Of a DNA stretch of 64,000 nucleotides, positions 39,101-52,697 are shown one piece after another (the stretch's first letter is position 1; each line of letters starts with the position of its first letter). Source of the stretch: Tubulanus polymorphus (Eukaryota; Animalia; Nemertea); contig NC_134029.1 of the NCBI RefSeq assembly GCF_964204645.1, forward strand, positions 6,076,001-6,140,000, in the 5' to 3' direction. The translations under genes and the position numbers were made by a program. The notes under the pieces are model-generated. The model was given only the letters and a program-made list of their open reading frames with translations. It had not been told where the DNA came from and searched no databases.

Positions 39101-41782
39101 CTTTTTCCGTTGACCATTGTCCACATCGTGGGCAGCAGATGGTTGGTCAGTTGGTCAGGGGAATTATTGCCCCGACACATCGTGATAGATAATGACATTT
39201 TGTGTGCCAATATCGTTTTTTTTCCACTCCAACGACTCACAACGGGACGACGATTTTTAAACCCCGCGTTGTGTCAACGGCTTTTCCCGCTAACTTGGCA
39301 GAGTATATGGTGTCCCGTAACACATGGGACTAAAAAACTCCCGAGTACCATTAACTGCCTTATTCATTTATCCAAGGCATTCATTTAATAATTCCCTCAA
39401 ATATACAATTCGCGTTCTTTAGTGCGATTTCTGAATGAACAAACACAAACATTTGTGTGTAGGCCTATGAGCTGAAGAAGTCACAAAAGCAAGTTTTCTG
39501 ACACTAAGAACTAATCTGACCCATATTATTGGTGAAAGAGGATTTCGCTATTTGTTAGAATAATAGTTTCATTGTCGAAAGTCGTAGAATTAATCGAGAG
39601 TTCCATTTTCTTCAAGTTTCTTCAAGAAAAGAATCATCCGCTCGAGAAGAAGTTCATTAATATATTCTGTTTGATCGATATATTTTCGAGGTCTTCGTAT
39701 GTTAACGGAACAAAAGTACTTTAAAACACTTAAAAAACGGGGTATGAACCACAATAGAATTGAATTGATAAGATGCATTAAGACAAGCTTGAGAAAATTT
39801 CAAGAATTAAAAGCACGTGCTTTATATTTTTCAATATGAACTATTTTCCCCGCATATGTTTTATCTATAACGAACAAAAACGTGCAGAACGGAAATGCTC
39901 GTATTGTTTGCGATAAGTTATTTTAGCGGTTGGAAAAATCAAGTCAAGAAAGCTGCCCGGTATGTAAATCGTATGCAGCTAACTCATAAAAACTTCGTGA
40001 TCAAAACATAACCTGTCCGTTTCATTGGTGTAAACGATAAAATTCTTGACCCAGAACAATTCGGCTTTTGAAATATCGTCGTCTAAGATTTAACGTTCTG
40101 TCGTATACACTTGTGCTTGCTATCTTCGGTTTTAAAAGTGCTTTTTGCTGTCGGTTAATGGATTCCTTACGACAACACGCCACAGTCTATTGATAAACAA
40201 ATATGCTTTCACTGTCAACGCGAACGTAGCGCTTTTATCGGTGAAATGACGCGTTGCCAACCTTATAAATCCTGTTCTTGACTGGGCAGACAAGTAAAGT
40301 TAAGGTCGCGCCGCTTACACGAACGCTGTACAGTAAGTAATTAAACCGTTGCAGACGATGCCATCTAATTACTTCAGTCTCGATGGCGTGACGCCAGAGT
40401 GAAGCAAGCACGGATCGAACGATCGAATGCTTAGCCGGAGGTAAGTACGTTTTACGGTAATTACCACTTGGGTCGCATAAATTGCGAGTGCTCTTTTCAG
40501 TAAACGCAACCAGTAAATTTGATTTACGCCATCTGCACTTTCATTCGGATGCAATATCGACGATTTATCGTATGGGCAATAGATAGAAAATCACATTATC
40601 GAGCGAGCGTAATAATAATTCGCGCATTGTTTCGACACCTACGAATATTTCGGTTTAAAAATCAAGCATGCAGCTCCGGAGCTCATCGAAATTTTTGCTC
40701 ACAATGGATACAGTTTTACACCAGAGATTAACAAACGTATTAGAATGATTAATTCAATTAACGTTAACGGATCATCTTGAAAAGGTTGTAGGCTTACTAC
40801 TGTTTCCAAGCCAGCGACGCATCAATAGGTCTTTAGAGTTCCGACTACTTAACAAGTTATGTGCACAGGCCAATTAGTTACGTTAAATAAAAAGTCAGTT
40901 CATCAAGTGTTACGGTTGGTATAAGAATGAACTACATTCAACATTCTTGAATGCACCTTTACTGGAATACAGCGGGTATCCCTAGTATCCATGCAAGGCT
41001 ACGTTATGACAAATGGTAATGTTCGTCATATATATCATTGTCTTGGCGAAAACTGTCGATTTATAACTAATAGCGATAGTTTCAATTTTCCACTACGTGA
41101 TGGATTAATCGTGTATGCCGGATATTATTTGTTCTCCAGTGGTCGCCCGAATGAATGCACTAAACGATACGGTCCAAATGATTGAGTGAACATCTAGGTT
41201 CTGCACGGTTCATTTCACTACTTCACAAGCAATTATCATTTTAACGTGGAAGCGATTTATTATTCTAAATTGGTATATACAACGTTAAAGACATGGATGG
41301 CTTCAAGAAATCTATTTTCAGATGTTTCACAAAGACTGTCGAGAAATTTCAATATCTTGGACTCTTTTATAGAGTCCAGAATATTGCGAAGCTTGGTTTA
41401 ATCACGTTTTCACAGTATAGTTGGCAAACAGACAGTTCTGGATCGATTCGAGCTGTACATAGTTTCGTTGAAAGGAAGATAAACATAATTTCATATTCAA
41501 ACACGTTTCTGCGTGCGCCGTGTTTGACATTCAATATCGGACGCAAAACTCATTCAAATCTAAAATTGCTCATAAATGAAAAATCTGCACAATAATGTGC
41601 CATTACCTGCTTTAGTTTTACATCGCAATAAAACAGTTCAGACGAATAACGCTTTAACAAACTAATCACAGGCCATAAATTCTTGCAAATTGAACTAAGT
41701 TATTTATGTGGCTTACTCTAATGATTCCAGTGTTTGTATTTCGTAGATTCGTTGAATTCCCACGAGAAAGTAAACAGCGATT

Positions 41783-44214
41783 ATGACAGCCGAAGTAGAA
41801 AAGGATTCGTCTCACGTCAACGGTTCGGCAAACGGAAATGAACGGAAATCGATAAAATCTGTTGAACGGAGGCCAACAGAAGATGATAGCGAATTTGGCG
41901 TTCATACCGAACAGTCGAAGAAAGCCAACCCGATATTCTTTGCCGAATCTAAGAAAGTAAAACGTCTGAGAAAGCGTGCCAAGCATAAGACAATTCTGCC
42001 TAAACTTGATGATCGCGTGCAACAAGACTCTCAAATCAACAATCATACCGCAAATGGAGGCGAGGCGTTGGAAAATGCCATTCCCGATCAGCTTAAAGAC
42101 ATTGTAAGTCATATATCTATTTGCACCGACTCATTCTATCTAATCCTCTTTTCCCGTTCAATGATATATCGGAAAATAACATTAGCTAATATAAGCGTGC
42201 GTGTATTCATACCATACAGAATGTGCAACAGTTGCCAAGTAAAGTCAGGCCACCAATAAGTACAGAAGGCTCCGGGGCAGACGTTAACGATATACATCAA
42301 TCTGCAGACGAAGCCATGGACGAGGACATGATGAATGCGGATAACGACGAAACCGCCAGTTCGAACTGTTCGGACAGCGAAGAAGACCGGGATATGACAA
42401 CCGAAGAGAAACAGGTGAGAAAACTGGATGCTTTTATCTCAGGTCACGCTTTGCAATTGTGAAACATGAATAATCGTTGTTCCTCGTTGAATTGCAGATG
42501 ATGTACGAAACAGTCCGAGAAGGTGATGTTGACCAGCTCGAAGTGATAATGGATTCGCCAATAACCGATATAAACACGTGTTGGGTAAGTAACAAGATCT
42601 GTCGAAATCTGTAAACACGGTAAAAGTATTGCGGGTTGTAAAATGTGTTATTCTCATACAAAAGTATAATCAGAATAAATTCCATTTTACGCACTATCTA
42701 TTGTCTTAGGGTCACTGTTTCGTTTTCATATGCGTTAACAAACCATGTTTTTCTAGTTCCATCGGAAGTTATGGTTAGCGTGTCTTAGGAACCAATATCA
42801 TCTTATATTCTAATTTTAGTACGGTGAAAATATGCTGATGGCGGCGATCCGCGGGCGACAAGAGGAAATGGCGTTATATCTGATCGACAACGGTATCAAC
42901 TATTCATTTGAAACGATCGTTTTTGTAAGTTTATTGAAAGATTCAATAAGAGGGGATTAAGATTCTGAGCGCAAAATCCAAAATCCAGTATGTGTATATT
43001 TTCAGGATCCAGTACGTGGTGAAAGTGACAAATTGAAGCGCCTGAATTGGTATACAGTGTCTTGTCGGCAGATGGCATATGACGCAGGAATGGCAGATGT
43101 CGTGGAACTCATCGACAAGTTGAGCGGCGCGTTGTTCCCGTTCATAAAACTACGAGATAGAGAAATTCGTCTGTGGAAACCGTACGAGGAACGCGAGCAG
43201 GAACGTCGTCTGGAACAAGGCTCGGATATTTCATCGTGTTGCCATTGCGGTGAAGGTCACGGAGATGATGGCGACTTGGCTGACGAGGAGGATAACGTAG
43301 AACATAGCTGTCGTCACCATAACAAGCACTGTTCCGAATCTGAAGGTGATATTGAGCTGACAGAAGCAGTGGACCTCCTGAAAAATATCGATATAGACAA
43401 GAATGCACCCCGTTATGATCCAGATGTTCAATCATTTACTAAAGATGACTTAAAACTTGACCTCAGTAAGCTAGATGTTAAACCAAGCGAAGAAGGTTCC
43501 TTGATTTCCGATGCTTTAACGACATCGGTAAACGAAAAAGTCGAACTGGATACAGAAGAATGTAGCGACTCAAAAATTCGCTCCAATTCTGAAGCATCTC
43601 AGAATACAGATGAAAAGTCAGACGCGAGTACCAAGAAATCTCGCCGGCCCATTTTGAAATATTACGAAAATACGACCTCGTTAGCTCGGCGAAGATTATA
43701 TAGCGGTGATTCGATCGTTCGCCAGCCGCATGTATTACAGGGTATACAGCCGAACGCGTATGACTATCCACCCCCGGTTTCCCCTAACCGTGTTCGAACC
43801 ATCGGCAGTTACCACGACGAAAAAAGGTTTTGGTACGCGCAAAAAACTGATTACGAAAACTCTTCAAAAGTGAATATGTTAAGAAGCCTAAATCAACGAA
43901 ACGGTTTTGATAAAAAAGGCAGAAATGCAAATTGCGCGAAACGCCAGATGTCGTGCGCGAGTTTCGACCCTAACTCATCTGAGAAACGAACTTTGCTACA
44001 AAGGCGTTACTCATCTCCTGCCAGTACGGTCGTTTTGTTGAACAGTATCCCACCACCGGTGCGTATACGACAGCGCCCGAAGAGCTCGACCCCAGCGCTG
44101 TCCAGATATAAACGATCGTTACTGAACTCGCGGCTACCCGGTTTACAAACTACAGAGCTCAGATGGGCCCGGGCGGCATACGATAGAGCCGCAAACATCG
44201 CACCTCTATATTGA
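41783..44214 (+). CDS. Uncharacterised protein with 2-3 degenerate ankyrin-like repeats, ~638 aa: join(41783..42103,42220..42414,42498..42584,42820..42924,43006..44214)
   Basis: Five exons, all introns GT..AG and phase 0, giving a continuous frame. Ankyrin-like segments MYETVREGDVDQLEVIMDSPITDIN, GENMLMAAIRGRQEEMALYLIDNGIN and CRQMAYDAGMADVVELID. Flanks are basic, acidic and Ser-rich, probably disordered. Confidence 0.8.
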
Positions 44215-44459
44215 AATAGACCTCATAATTATCTTATAAACGTTAGTTCATGTATTTATATTATTAAATAGTATAAAAGAAGTCCCATTATTTCATTTCA
44301 ATTTGGGTGTTCAACAGATGCTTGAAAAATCGAAACGTTCTCGTTGTGATGGTAACCAGCTTCTGGTTAAAGTCATCTTCATTAAAGATTTACTCTAGAG
44401 GTACGAACTTAGTCAAAATCAATATGATATTCAACTCGTAAAATCTCAAATTATGTTCA

Positions 44460-44559
44460 GGGCCTGGTTCCGCAGTTGTTAGTTTTAAGTTAAAGTTAGT
44501 TGATTTTCAATGAGTTAACTCAAGAGTCAAATTTAACTCAGAACTGTGGAACTGGGTCC
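44460..44559. mobile_element. MITE (GGGCC..GTTCC.CAG TIR family; possibly PIF/Harbinger-derived)
   Basis: gggcctggttccgcagtt ... aactgtggaactgggtcc; internal GAGTTAA/TTAACTC motifs; CAG..CTG boundaries. Confidence 0.7.
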
Positions 44560-46689
44560 TGGACGTTTATGACCTTGTTGAGTCCGATGAAACATTTAAG
44601 TTGAGCATCTAAGTATCGCATCTGATTGGAGACAGTGTTCGTCTATTCATAAGTTTTACGTACGTATCTTCGTTAACCCAAACTTTATCTCCCCCGGCAT
44701 TTTGCACGCTCGTCTCTGAAATCGTATTTAGTATATTATGTTTCCAAAGGGTGCCACAATTTTCTACCGTGCAGTTCCCTGATAACGAAATTCAACTTGG
44801 ATCCGTTGCCGCCGAGGGCAATGAAATCGCAATGAAATGAGTTTTAACGGATGATCGATTGTATTGCCGTTGAAGGCAATTTAACATCTATTTCCTACTT
44901 GTGCAATGCTATTTTTCCCTAAACTATAACGGGATTAATTGGTTGGTTTTTAATCTGCTTCAACGTGCATAGCTTAGATGAACTTTGAGTTTGTGAGTCG
45001 AACGAACGAATTCCGGGGTGTCACCAAAATTACACAGTTCATAACATTCACCCAAAAATAATAAAGCAGAAGAACAAATTGCACAACATAAAGTTAGTTT
45101 ATCCGGGATACAATTCCAGTCGATTCAATGTTATCTTTATTGCGCCGTAATATATGGTTGAAATAAAAACATCATCGGCTTTTTGAATAAAGCGAAGTAA
45201 GACGAAAACAGGAAAAGTAGCATACATAGCATAACAGAAGTATACAGAATTTATCAAAAGACAGATGAAATGAAACAAAATTAACAACATTCTATATATG
45301 TGAACTAAACAGCCAACAACATCAGTTATTAATGCAAACCAAAGACTAAGCAGAACTTCGTGAATTGTGTATTTTCATCGGTAAAATTGTGAGATTTTCC
45401 TTGAAAATAGCTCGCATGTAAACCAATAAGTAATTAGGTATCTACCTACTGTACGTCGAATAAAGTAAGGTAAAGTTAAGTAAAGTAAAGTAAACACGTT
45501 TTTACGTATATTGGAGTCACGAGATGACGTCGTGCATATCAATTGAAATTTTTACGGGCGAAATATTTTTCTGATAAAAAAGGATTAAAAGAAAATGAAG
45601 GTTTTGAATGATTGAATGCTGTTATCTATATGAGTAAAAGCGATGAACACTCGCACGAAACAAATGGCGTTTCCGATTGAATACGACACCGAAACACCGG
45701 CGCCGAGGAGAGAACGGAGTGCAGTAATATTTTCGACGCTTGTCTCCTCGATGGTATAAAACGATCAGTCACCGCACATCGCGCACAGTAAGTTTCATTG
45801 AGGCAGTCAATCCGACGAGATACTGTCGTATGCGCTTGGAAATCGTCCCGCACAAAGAATCTGTGTAAGTCAATATCTATTATCATATTCAGAAGAATCG
45901 GTAAAATGAAACGACTTGTCTTTTGATTTCATTCAATGTTTCACTTTCCTTAAAGTGTCTTTCGATCGGGATTTGATTCTATTCGGATGAATCTCGGTTT
46001 ATACAGTGGATTTCAAACAGCATTGGGTTATTCATTTTTTTGAACTCGGTTATATAGATACCAATGTGAAATTGCATGCGCCCACTTCAGGGGTATTTTC
46101 AAACTGTAGTTAGCTAAGGTTATTCTGACTATGAATTATTTACAATCATCGACAATTTGTGCTGGGGAATGTGCGTTATATACCAGATATTTTAAATATT
46201 TTCGATATTCTGTGCAGAATTTTACCGATAATTTCCTATTTTTCCATTTAGCACTTGATAGATGACATACCAATCGGTTGACATACCAAGCATTTTTCCG
46301 AAATATTCTTTTGAAATCGAAATTTTTTTTCCTGTTTTTGTTTCGTGGGAAAAATCTCCGACAGTTCTCGAGTGCCTTGGTTCTTGTCGTAGATAGAATA
46401 GCATATGTTAGGACGGGTATTTCAAAATCGGTTAGTTTGAAAATACTCAATTAGTTTGATATCAATGGTTTGCTTATTTATGAGATATGAAGGTGGTGGG
46501 TTGTGCAAATGGTCTAGTTTTGATTATTTGACATATGAGTTTATGGGTATTTCACTGCTTAACGCAAATAAATATACAACGCACATGGTGCAAGCAGCAC
46601 AGGGCAGAGTGAATGCTAGAGCGTACTTTGCGCTGTTCTGAGCCAAACTCGAGTCTACTTGCAGAAATCCGAGAATAGAAAATTACTTG

Positions 46690-46773
46690 GAATACGCGTA
46701 AAGCATAGATCAAACGTGTTGATTGTGAACTGTGATTAACGAATGGCGAGCATGGTCTCTGTTGTGAAGAGAG
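46690..46773 (+). other. Candidate 5'UTR exon of LGIC-B
   Basis: Strong donor GAG|GTAATC at 46773/46774. The first coding exon has an upstream acceptor ttttag at 49085. The start coordinate is approximate. Confidence 0.35.
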
Positions 46774-49101
46774 GTAATCATTTTTTTATTTTTCAAGCTC
46801 AAAATGATCTCTCAGTATTAGTATAAACTTTCATTATGAGAAACTTGCGTATACAATGTAAATATCATTCTGAAAAAGGTTTAGATTGGAATAAATTCGT
46901 TATATCGAAAGAAAGGTTTCTGTGATTACATGGTTCGGGGTATAGGATGCACGTGCTGTACGTTACCAAGTTGTAACGGTTGTCTTATCATATCATTTAT
47001 CGTATCATATGCCATGTCGTTTCTATCGTAATCATGTAAATCGAGTTTCTACTATCGAAGTAACTCCGCGTATCGGCGTATCATCATTTCCAAAAATGCT
47101 TCCTGATTCCAGCAACAAATATCATCTGTTGATCTCGTCAGCGAATGAATCGATAATGTGCGAAAAAACGTTTGATTCCATTTAAAATAGTTAGTCAACA
47201 TTTTTTTCTGAACTTACATGAATTATGAAGAAAAATAGATCACCGACATCTGGCTGAAATGATATCTACTGTTCATGTTATATCAACGTAATATGGGCCA
47301 ATATTGTTGACACAACCGACTTAAATTGAAATTCAAAAATCGCTTAGTTATGGTATCTGATTTTTGAAATATGATGACTTCAGTTCCTCACAACTATAGT
47401 TAGTAGATACTGGGGTTTTTAATTGAACCCATTATCAGATCGGAAGCTGACGACTTGTCCGTATTTCAGTTATTGATTTTTGTGAGCCTGCATATTTCTG
47501 ACATCAGCTACGTAGGTAGTTTTTTTATGGTTTGCTGGTGTTGCAAGCCTGGTCATGGCAAATTATTGTGCAAAACTTTCCAGTGCCCTACTACTGCACT
47601 GTAAATGATTTGCATATGTAACAGAAAAAATGTTTTTCCATATTCATTTTTAAGACGAATATTATGGATAATTACGTTACTAGATATTTTATCTGATAGG
47701 ATAGTATAATTAGTATTATGGGGCGTGGATGCTTTCCCCTGAAGATCTCCAAAGAGTCAGAAGAGACTATCACGGTAGATCTAAAGCACGGTAGATCTGC
47801 TGTTGTCCGCTCCGGTTGTCTCATATATTTATCAAATGGAGTTTTTTTACTCATCACCAGGAGAGCGGATCGAGACGGTTGCGAAGCGGATGATGTTGCT
47901 GGCTAGCATCAACACCATTTTAGTCAATTAACAACTCTCTAGCAATGAATTCAATTAAAATCCATATACTTACGAGTGTCGTATTTACGGTTCGAATTTC
48001 ATATTCATAGCTTATACAAGCAATGGGGGTTCGTTTGATTAATCAGCTGTCCGTCTTTTAGTCACTGGTTAAACAACATAGCCGTTAGTTGCGTCCTATT
48101 TTACCCTATCAAATAATACGTCGACACTGTATTCTAAATGGTGTCGAAAATGAACATCGTATTTTGTCAATGTATCCACTGTACTAGGAAGAATACGCGC
48201 GATACATGCCAAGAAATATGTTGCTTAACCGAAATATTCATTAAACATTTGAGAAAGTTCCTGGCAACATGAAGAAACTCGCTTGTTTTTTTAGAGGTGC
48301 AATACAACTTAGACTTCAGTCATTTCAATGATGATTTAATTTAACTCGCTCTCTTTCAAAATCCAACGTCGTAAATCAACATCGGAAAATCTCTATAATC
48401 TTAAGTATAGTGTTCACTTCATCTGTTTAAACTCGTACTTAATCATAATTTTTGTCAGAAAAGAAAGTTTGACGAAGAATCTATTATAATTATCATACTA
48501 CCTCTGTAATCATTTCACTCTTATAAGAGAAAAATAGGTTGTGGGTTGTGATGAATTCGAAGTATTTTTACGTACCGATCACACTGAACTTTATTAGATA
48601 ATTCTTAGAGGTGAGGTGTAATCTAGACAATTCGATGATAAAAGATTCCAACCAACATTAGCGATGCTCTGTTTCGATTTTGGCCTTTGCAACCTTTTTA
48701 ATTGAATCGTAAGGAATCTGTCGATAATAAAGATTAACCAGATGCTTTATTCGCCAGTCGGCCACAAGTAGCCATAATTAGGCGAAATGAGTATATTAAA
48801 TAAAGGCGAATCATTCCCCCCCCAGACGATAGTTATTGCTATGTCTAGCCGAAACGTATGAAATCATTTCTAATCTATCTTAACTGGATGCAAAGCGCAT
48901 GTTTTTCACAGCGCTGTATTTTGGTATCCACTGTATACATGATATTTTAGATCCTTGTATTTAGGAAACGTAGATATTCAGCTTGCACCTGTTGTATATA
49001 TAGTTCCAAATGAGCCCACAGATTTAATCCACAACGATTTATAACTGTGTTTTTTTTTAATAGTTTAAAGCATACTGAATTTTAGAGGATCATCTTTGGA
49101 T

Positions 49102-52100
49102 ATGGAATTGTACAGATGGGCGCTATGCTTCGCGACGATCGCTTATCAATGCGAAATAGTACAGCCTGCAGCCAGAAAGCTGAAACGGTAAGTGACACCC
49201 ATGGACAGCGTGTCCACTTGTCGAAGAAATGGCGTCGGACGAACATGAAATCAGGCAATAATCCGGTTGACAAAAGAAAATATGCGTTGGTACAAACAAG
49301 ATTGTGCATATGTTTTGGCTGTAATCCTGGCGGTATAACAGATGGTTAAAGCCGGTGTTTTGTCGTTATATGTCCACAAAAATCGAATAGACATGTTGAA
49401 ATTGCTTGGATGATAGCGTGCTTACATTATTGACATACAATGTATATCATATATGCTGCGCTGTAAAGATGTGTCATTTTTTTCAACGCAGATCCGAACT
49501 GATGAAAGAACTTTTAAAACATTACGACAAATCCGTGGCCCCAAATTTCGACGACGGTAAGTTGTAAACCAATTAACATCCATTTTCGCTTCGCGCTATC
49601 AGCGATTGTTCAGTGTTCATTTGAACTGCTCTCACCTGACGTCAGCAAAAATCATGCATCGTACGAGAATTACGAGCTAAATTTCATTAGGAATTAGACG
49701 AGTTTTGGAATTCAGAGTATATAGTGAGGGTGCTAATTGATACGTCACAGTAATTGATTATTGCGAACATGTTCGTTTACGATCATCTATTTCCTTGTAT
49801 GTATCTTCCCGCAAGCGAACGCAAAACATAAAATACCATTTTGTCCAGAAAGTCATTATGTCCAGTCGATAGCCTTTCTTTTATTTCAGTAGTTTGCTTT
49901 CCAGTCGCCTAAGCAGTTTGTCGTTATTGGTTTTGACCACAGTGTGAAGCTCATAAATCCAATCTAAATAGACGAGCATAGTGCATGGATGAATGAATTG
50001 CATTCTCCACACGTCCCAAAAATCGCAGAAAATCATAGGAAACCCTCGTTTGCACTCAACGAGAATCTAACATACAAGATTGCTTTCAAGCATTTTTGTC
50101 AAGATATTTCCCAAGACTGCGATTAACGTATTCTTATCATTAATTCAGATGAGGCTACCGAGGTCTTGGTAAATATATTGGTAGGAAGTATCGACTCAAT
50201 AAACGAAAGGACTATGGTACGTCTTCTAATCTGTGGTGGAGCTATTTTTAGACACACGCTTATCAACTTACTTAATGAACTGAGGAAGCAGGCCATCTTG
50301 GGCTGGGCATTACAGTTGTCTATTCTGAATTACAAAATCTCTGCGGGTTTAAGCCGAGCTTATATTGACATTTTGAAATTCTTTTTTTAAAGGATTACGA
50401 CATCTCGATATTTCTCAGACAGTCGTGGTTTGATAATCGTCTGAAGTTCGGCGATTTGATCAACGACACGATGTTAACGTTGGACGCCAGCATCATCAAA
50501 GATCTTTGGGTACCGGACACGTTCTTCACAAATGAAAAGTCGGGACATATTCACGACATCACCCTTCCGAATCGGCTCATCCGGCTGTACGAAGATGGTC
50601 GGATATATTACAGCACGAGGTCTTTGCGTTTCCCTTTCTTTTTCCATAAGATTGGCTGCTTAATTTTCCAATTTCCTTCGTAGCTAAGATTGACTTAGAA
50701 TCATTTGTTTCACTTGAAAGTTTTGTCACGTAAATGTTAATCAAACTGAATGCAAAAGAGAACCACGAACCACGTTTATCATTATCAGACTCAACATTTA
50801 TCATTCGAGTTTCAACAGTATACCGTGTATATTACCATTTTCAAGGCCGGTTTTCTGATTTTCGGTGCATAAAATCGCTCAGAACGTAAATAGAAATGTT
50901 GCTCATTTGATTCATTTTTTTGCAGAATCTCTATAACACTTTCCTGCCCGATGGTGTTGCACAAATTTCCAATGGATGTACAAAAATGCGTCTTGGCAAT
51001 TGAAAGCTGTGAGTTACTATAACAGTAATAATACCTTTATTTTCCCTCGAACTAAAACACGATTTTACAAACAAAGTATTTAAAAGAATACACGGGTACT
51101 ATCAAGTATGCTCATGAACGTTTTGACTGGGGGTAAAATCTACTCTATACATCCATCGTGATATTCATGTTATAATAAAAGGGTCTTAGTGTGCACATGA
51201 TGTTGTTCAATCGAAATGAATTTCAAGAAGCTGCCATTTGCCGTTTATACCATTTATTGATACGGTTCGGTTCAAAAGCTATGGATAAGGTATCTTAGCT
51301 ATAGACTCAGATACATGCGCATGATATTAGAGCAGATGTCAATAACATGGCACTTCATGTGAAATTCATATTTTCTATTCCGGCGAGTCACTGCCAACAA
51401 CGACGAGTGTACAATAATATATCTTCCGTGATACGTGATTGAAATGTCTGATGACGACCGTTTTTTCCAACGTTTTGCAGTTGCCTTTACCGAAGACCGC
51501 CTGGTGTTCAAATGGGCAGATGAAAACTCGATAGAAATCAACCCACACCTGGAATTTCCACAGTTTGATTTGATCGATGCCACCGCTACATCCGGATGCC
51601 AACGGAATTATTCGACAGGTGAGGTGATGTTTTTTTTTCATTACTGATACAGTTATAGGTTATCTACATTTTCTGACTTACACATCAGCAATATGGGAAA
51701 ATCAAGTAAAAACTAAATCTTGGTTGCAACTCATTCAGTCACTCAAATATTTTCACATTTCAGGGAGATTCAGTTGTCTTGAAGTTAACTTTACGTTGAA
51801 ACGTAACGTAGGATTTTACGTGTTCCAAACATACGTGCCCAGTTGTCTGATCGTAATGTTGTCGTGGGTGTCATTTTGGATACACGTGGACGCCATACCG
51901 GCTCGTATATCACTGGGCGTCATCACTATACTGGCTATGATCACTCAAACATCTGGGGTACAGCAATCCTTGCCCCGCGTGTCGTACGTCAAAGCCATCG
52001 ATGTCTGGATGTCTACGTGTTTGCTCTTCGTGTTCACTGCGCTTCTCGAGTTCGCCATCGTCAACGTCTACTCGAGAAAAGAGATAAAACAGCGAACGAA

Positions 52101-52697
52101 GAAAATATCTGCATCGCCGTCGAATGACGACACTTCGGTCAATGTGGTAATGTCCAACGTATATTTGCAATTCGTAATTAGTCCACTGAGGTTCTTAGGT
52201 GGTACATGTAATATTTCCCCGAGGTGCTCCTAATTGTCATTTAGTGGGGGAAAAATATCCACAGTTTAAACAAGGCTCTTCAAACACATACGTCTCTTAA
52301 TCAGTTATTCATCACGAGTTGCACAACTTGTGTGCAGTAACCGAACTACTTCAGGGCCTCGTTTACGTATCGGCACCCTCAGATTCTCAACGCGACGACA
52401 CCTAACTGATGAATCATGGATACAGTTGTGAATTTGAAATTTTTTCAGTAGTTTAAGTAGATCATGGTCTAATTTTCCATTTTTCAGATTTCATCTGGTA
52501 AAGAAAATATAGCTGACAATGATATTGCTAACAACAAAGAGGAAACGAAGGAGGTCTATATAACTGACCCAGCTGGTCGCGTGACAGCGCGCCGAATAGA
52601 TAGCCTTTCTAGGCAATGTTTCCCTGGTGTTTTTGCCATCTTCAACGTGGTATATTGGACCGTTTATTGCGTAGTTCGTGATGAGACATTCCGATGA
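49102..52697 (+). CDS. Glycine-receptor-like Cys-loop chloride channel subunit, LGIC-B, 419 aa: join(49102..49187,49492..49556,50149..50216,50393..50619,50926..51008,51481..51618,51764..52146,52488..52697)
   Basis: Leader [17 protein letters not shown]; [12 protein letters not shown]; [12 protein letters not shown]; Cys-loop [15 protein letters not shown]; ESFAF; loop [14 protein letters not shown]; M2 [20 protein letters not shown]; M3 [24 protein letters not shown]; M4 [21 protein letters not shown]; stop TGA 52695-52697. All phases are consistent. Confidence 0.95.

Noticed and set aside
39468-39510. CTGAAGA followed by a GTCA/TGAC stem as a hammerhead
   Set aside because: No GAAA or cleavage-site motif follows.
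19023-41740. Numerous 60-140 aa ORFs in the intergenic and intronic interval
   Set aside because: No domain similarity or consistent splice-phase chain; lengths are compatible with chance.
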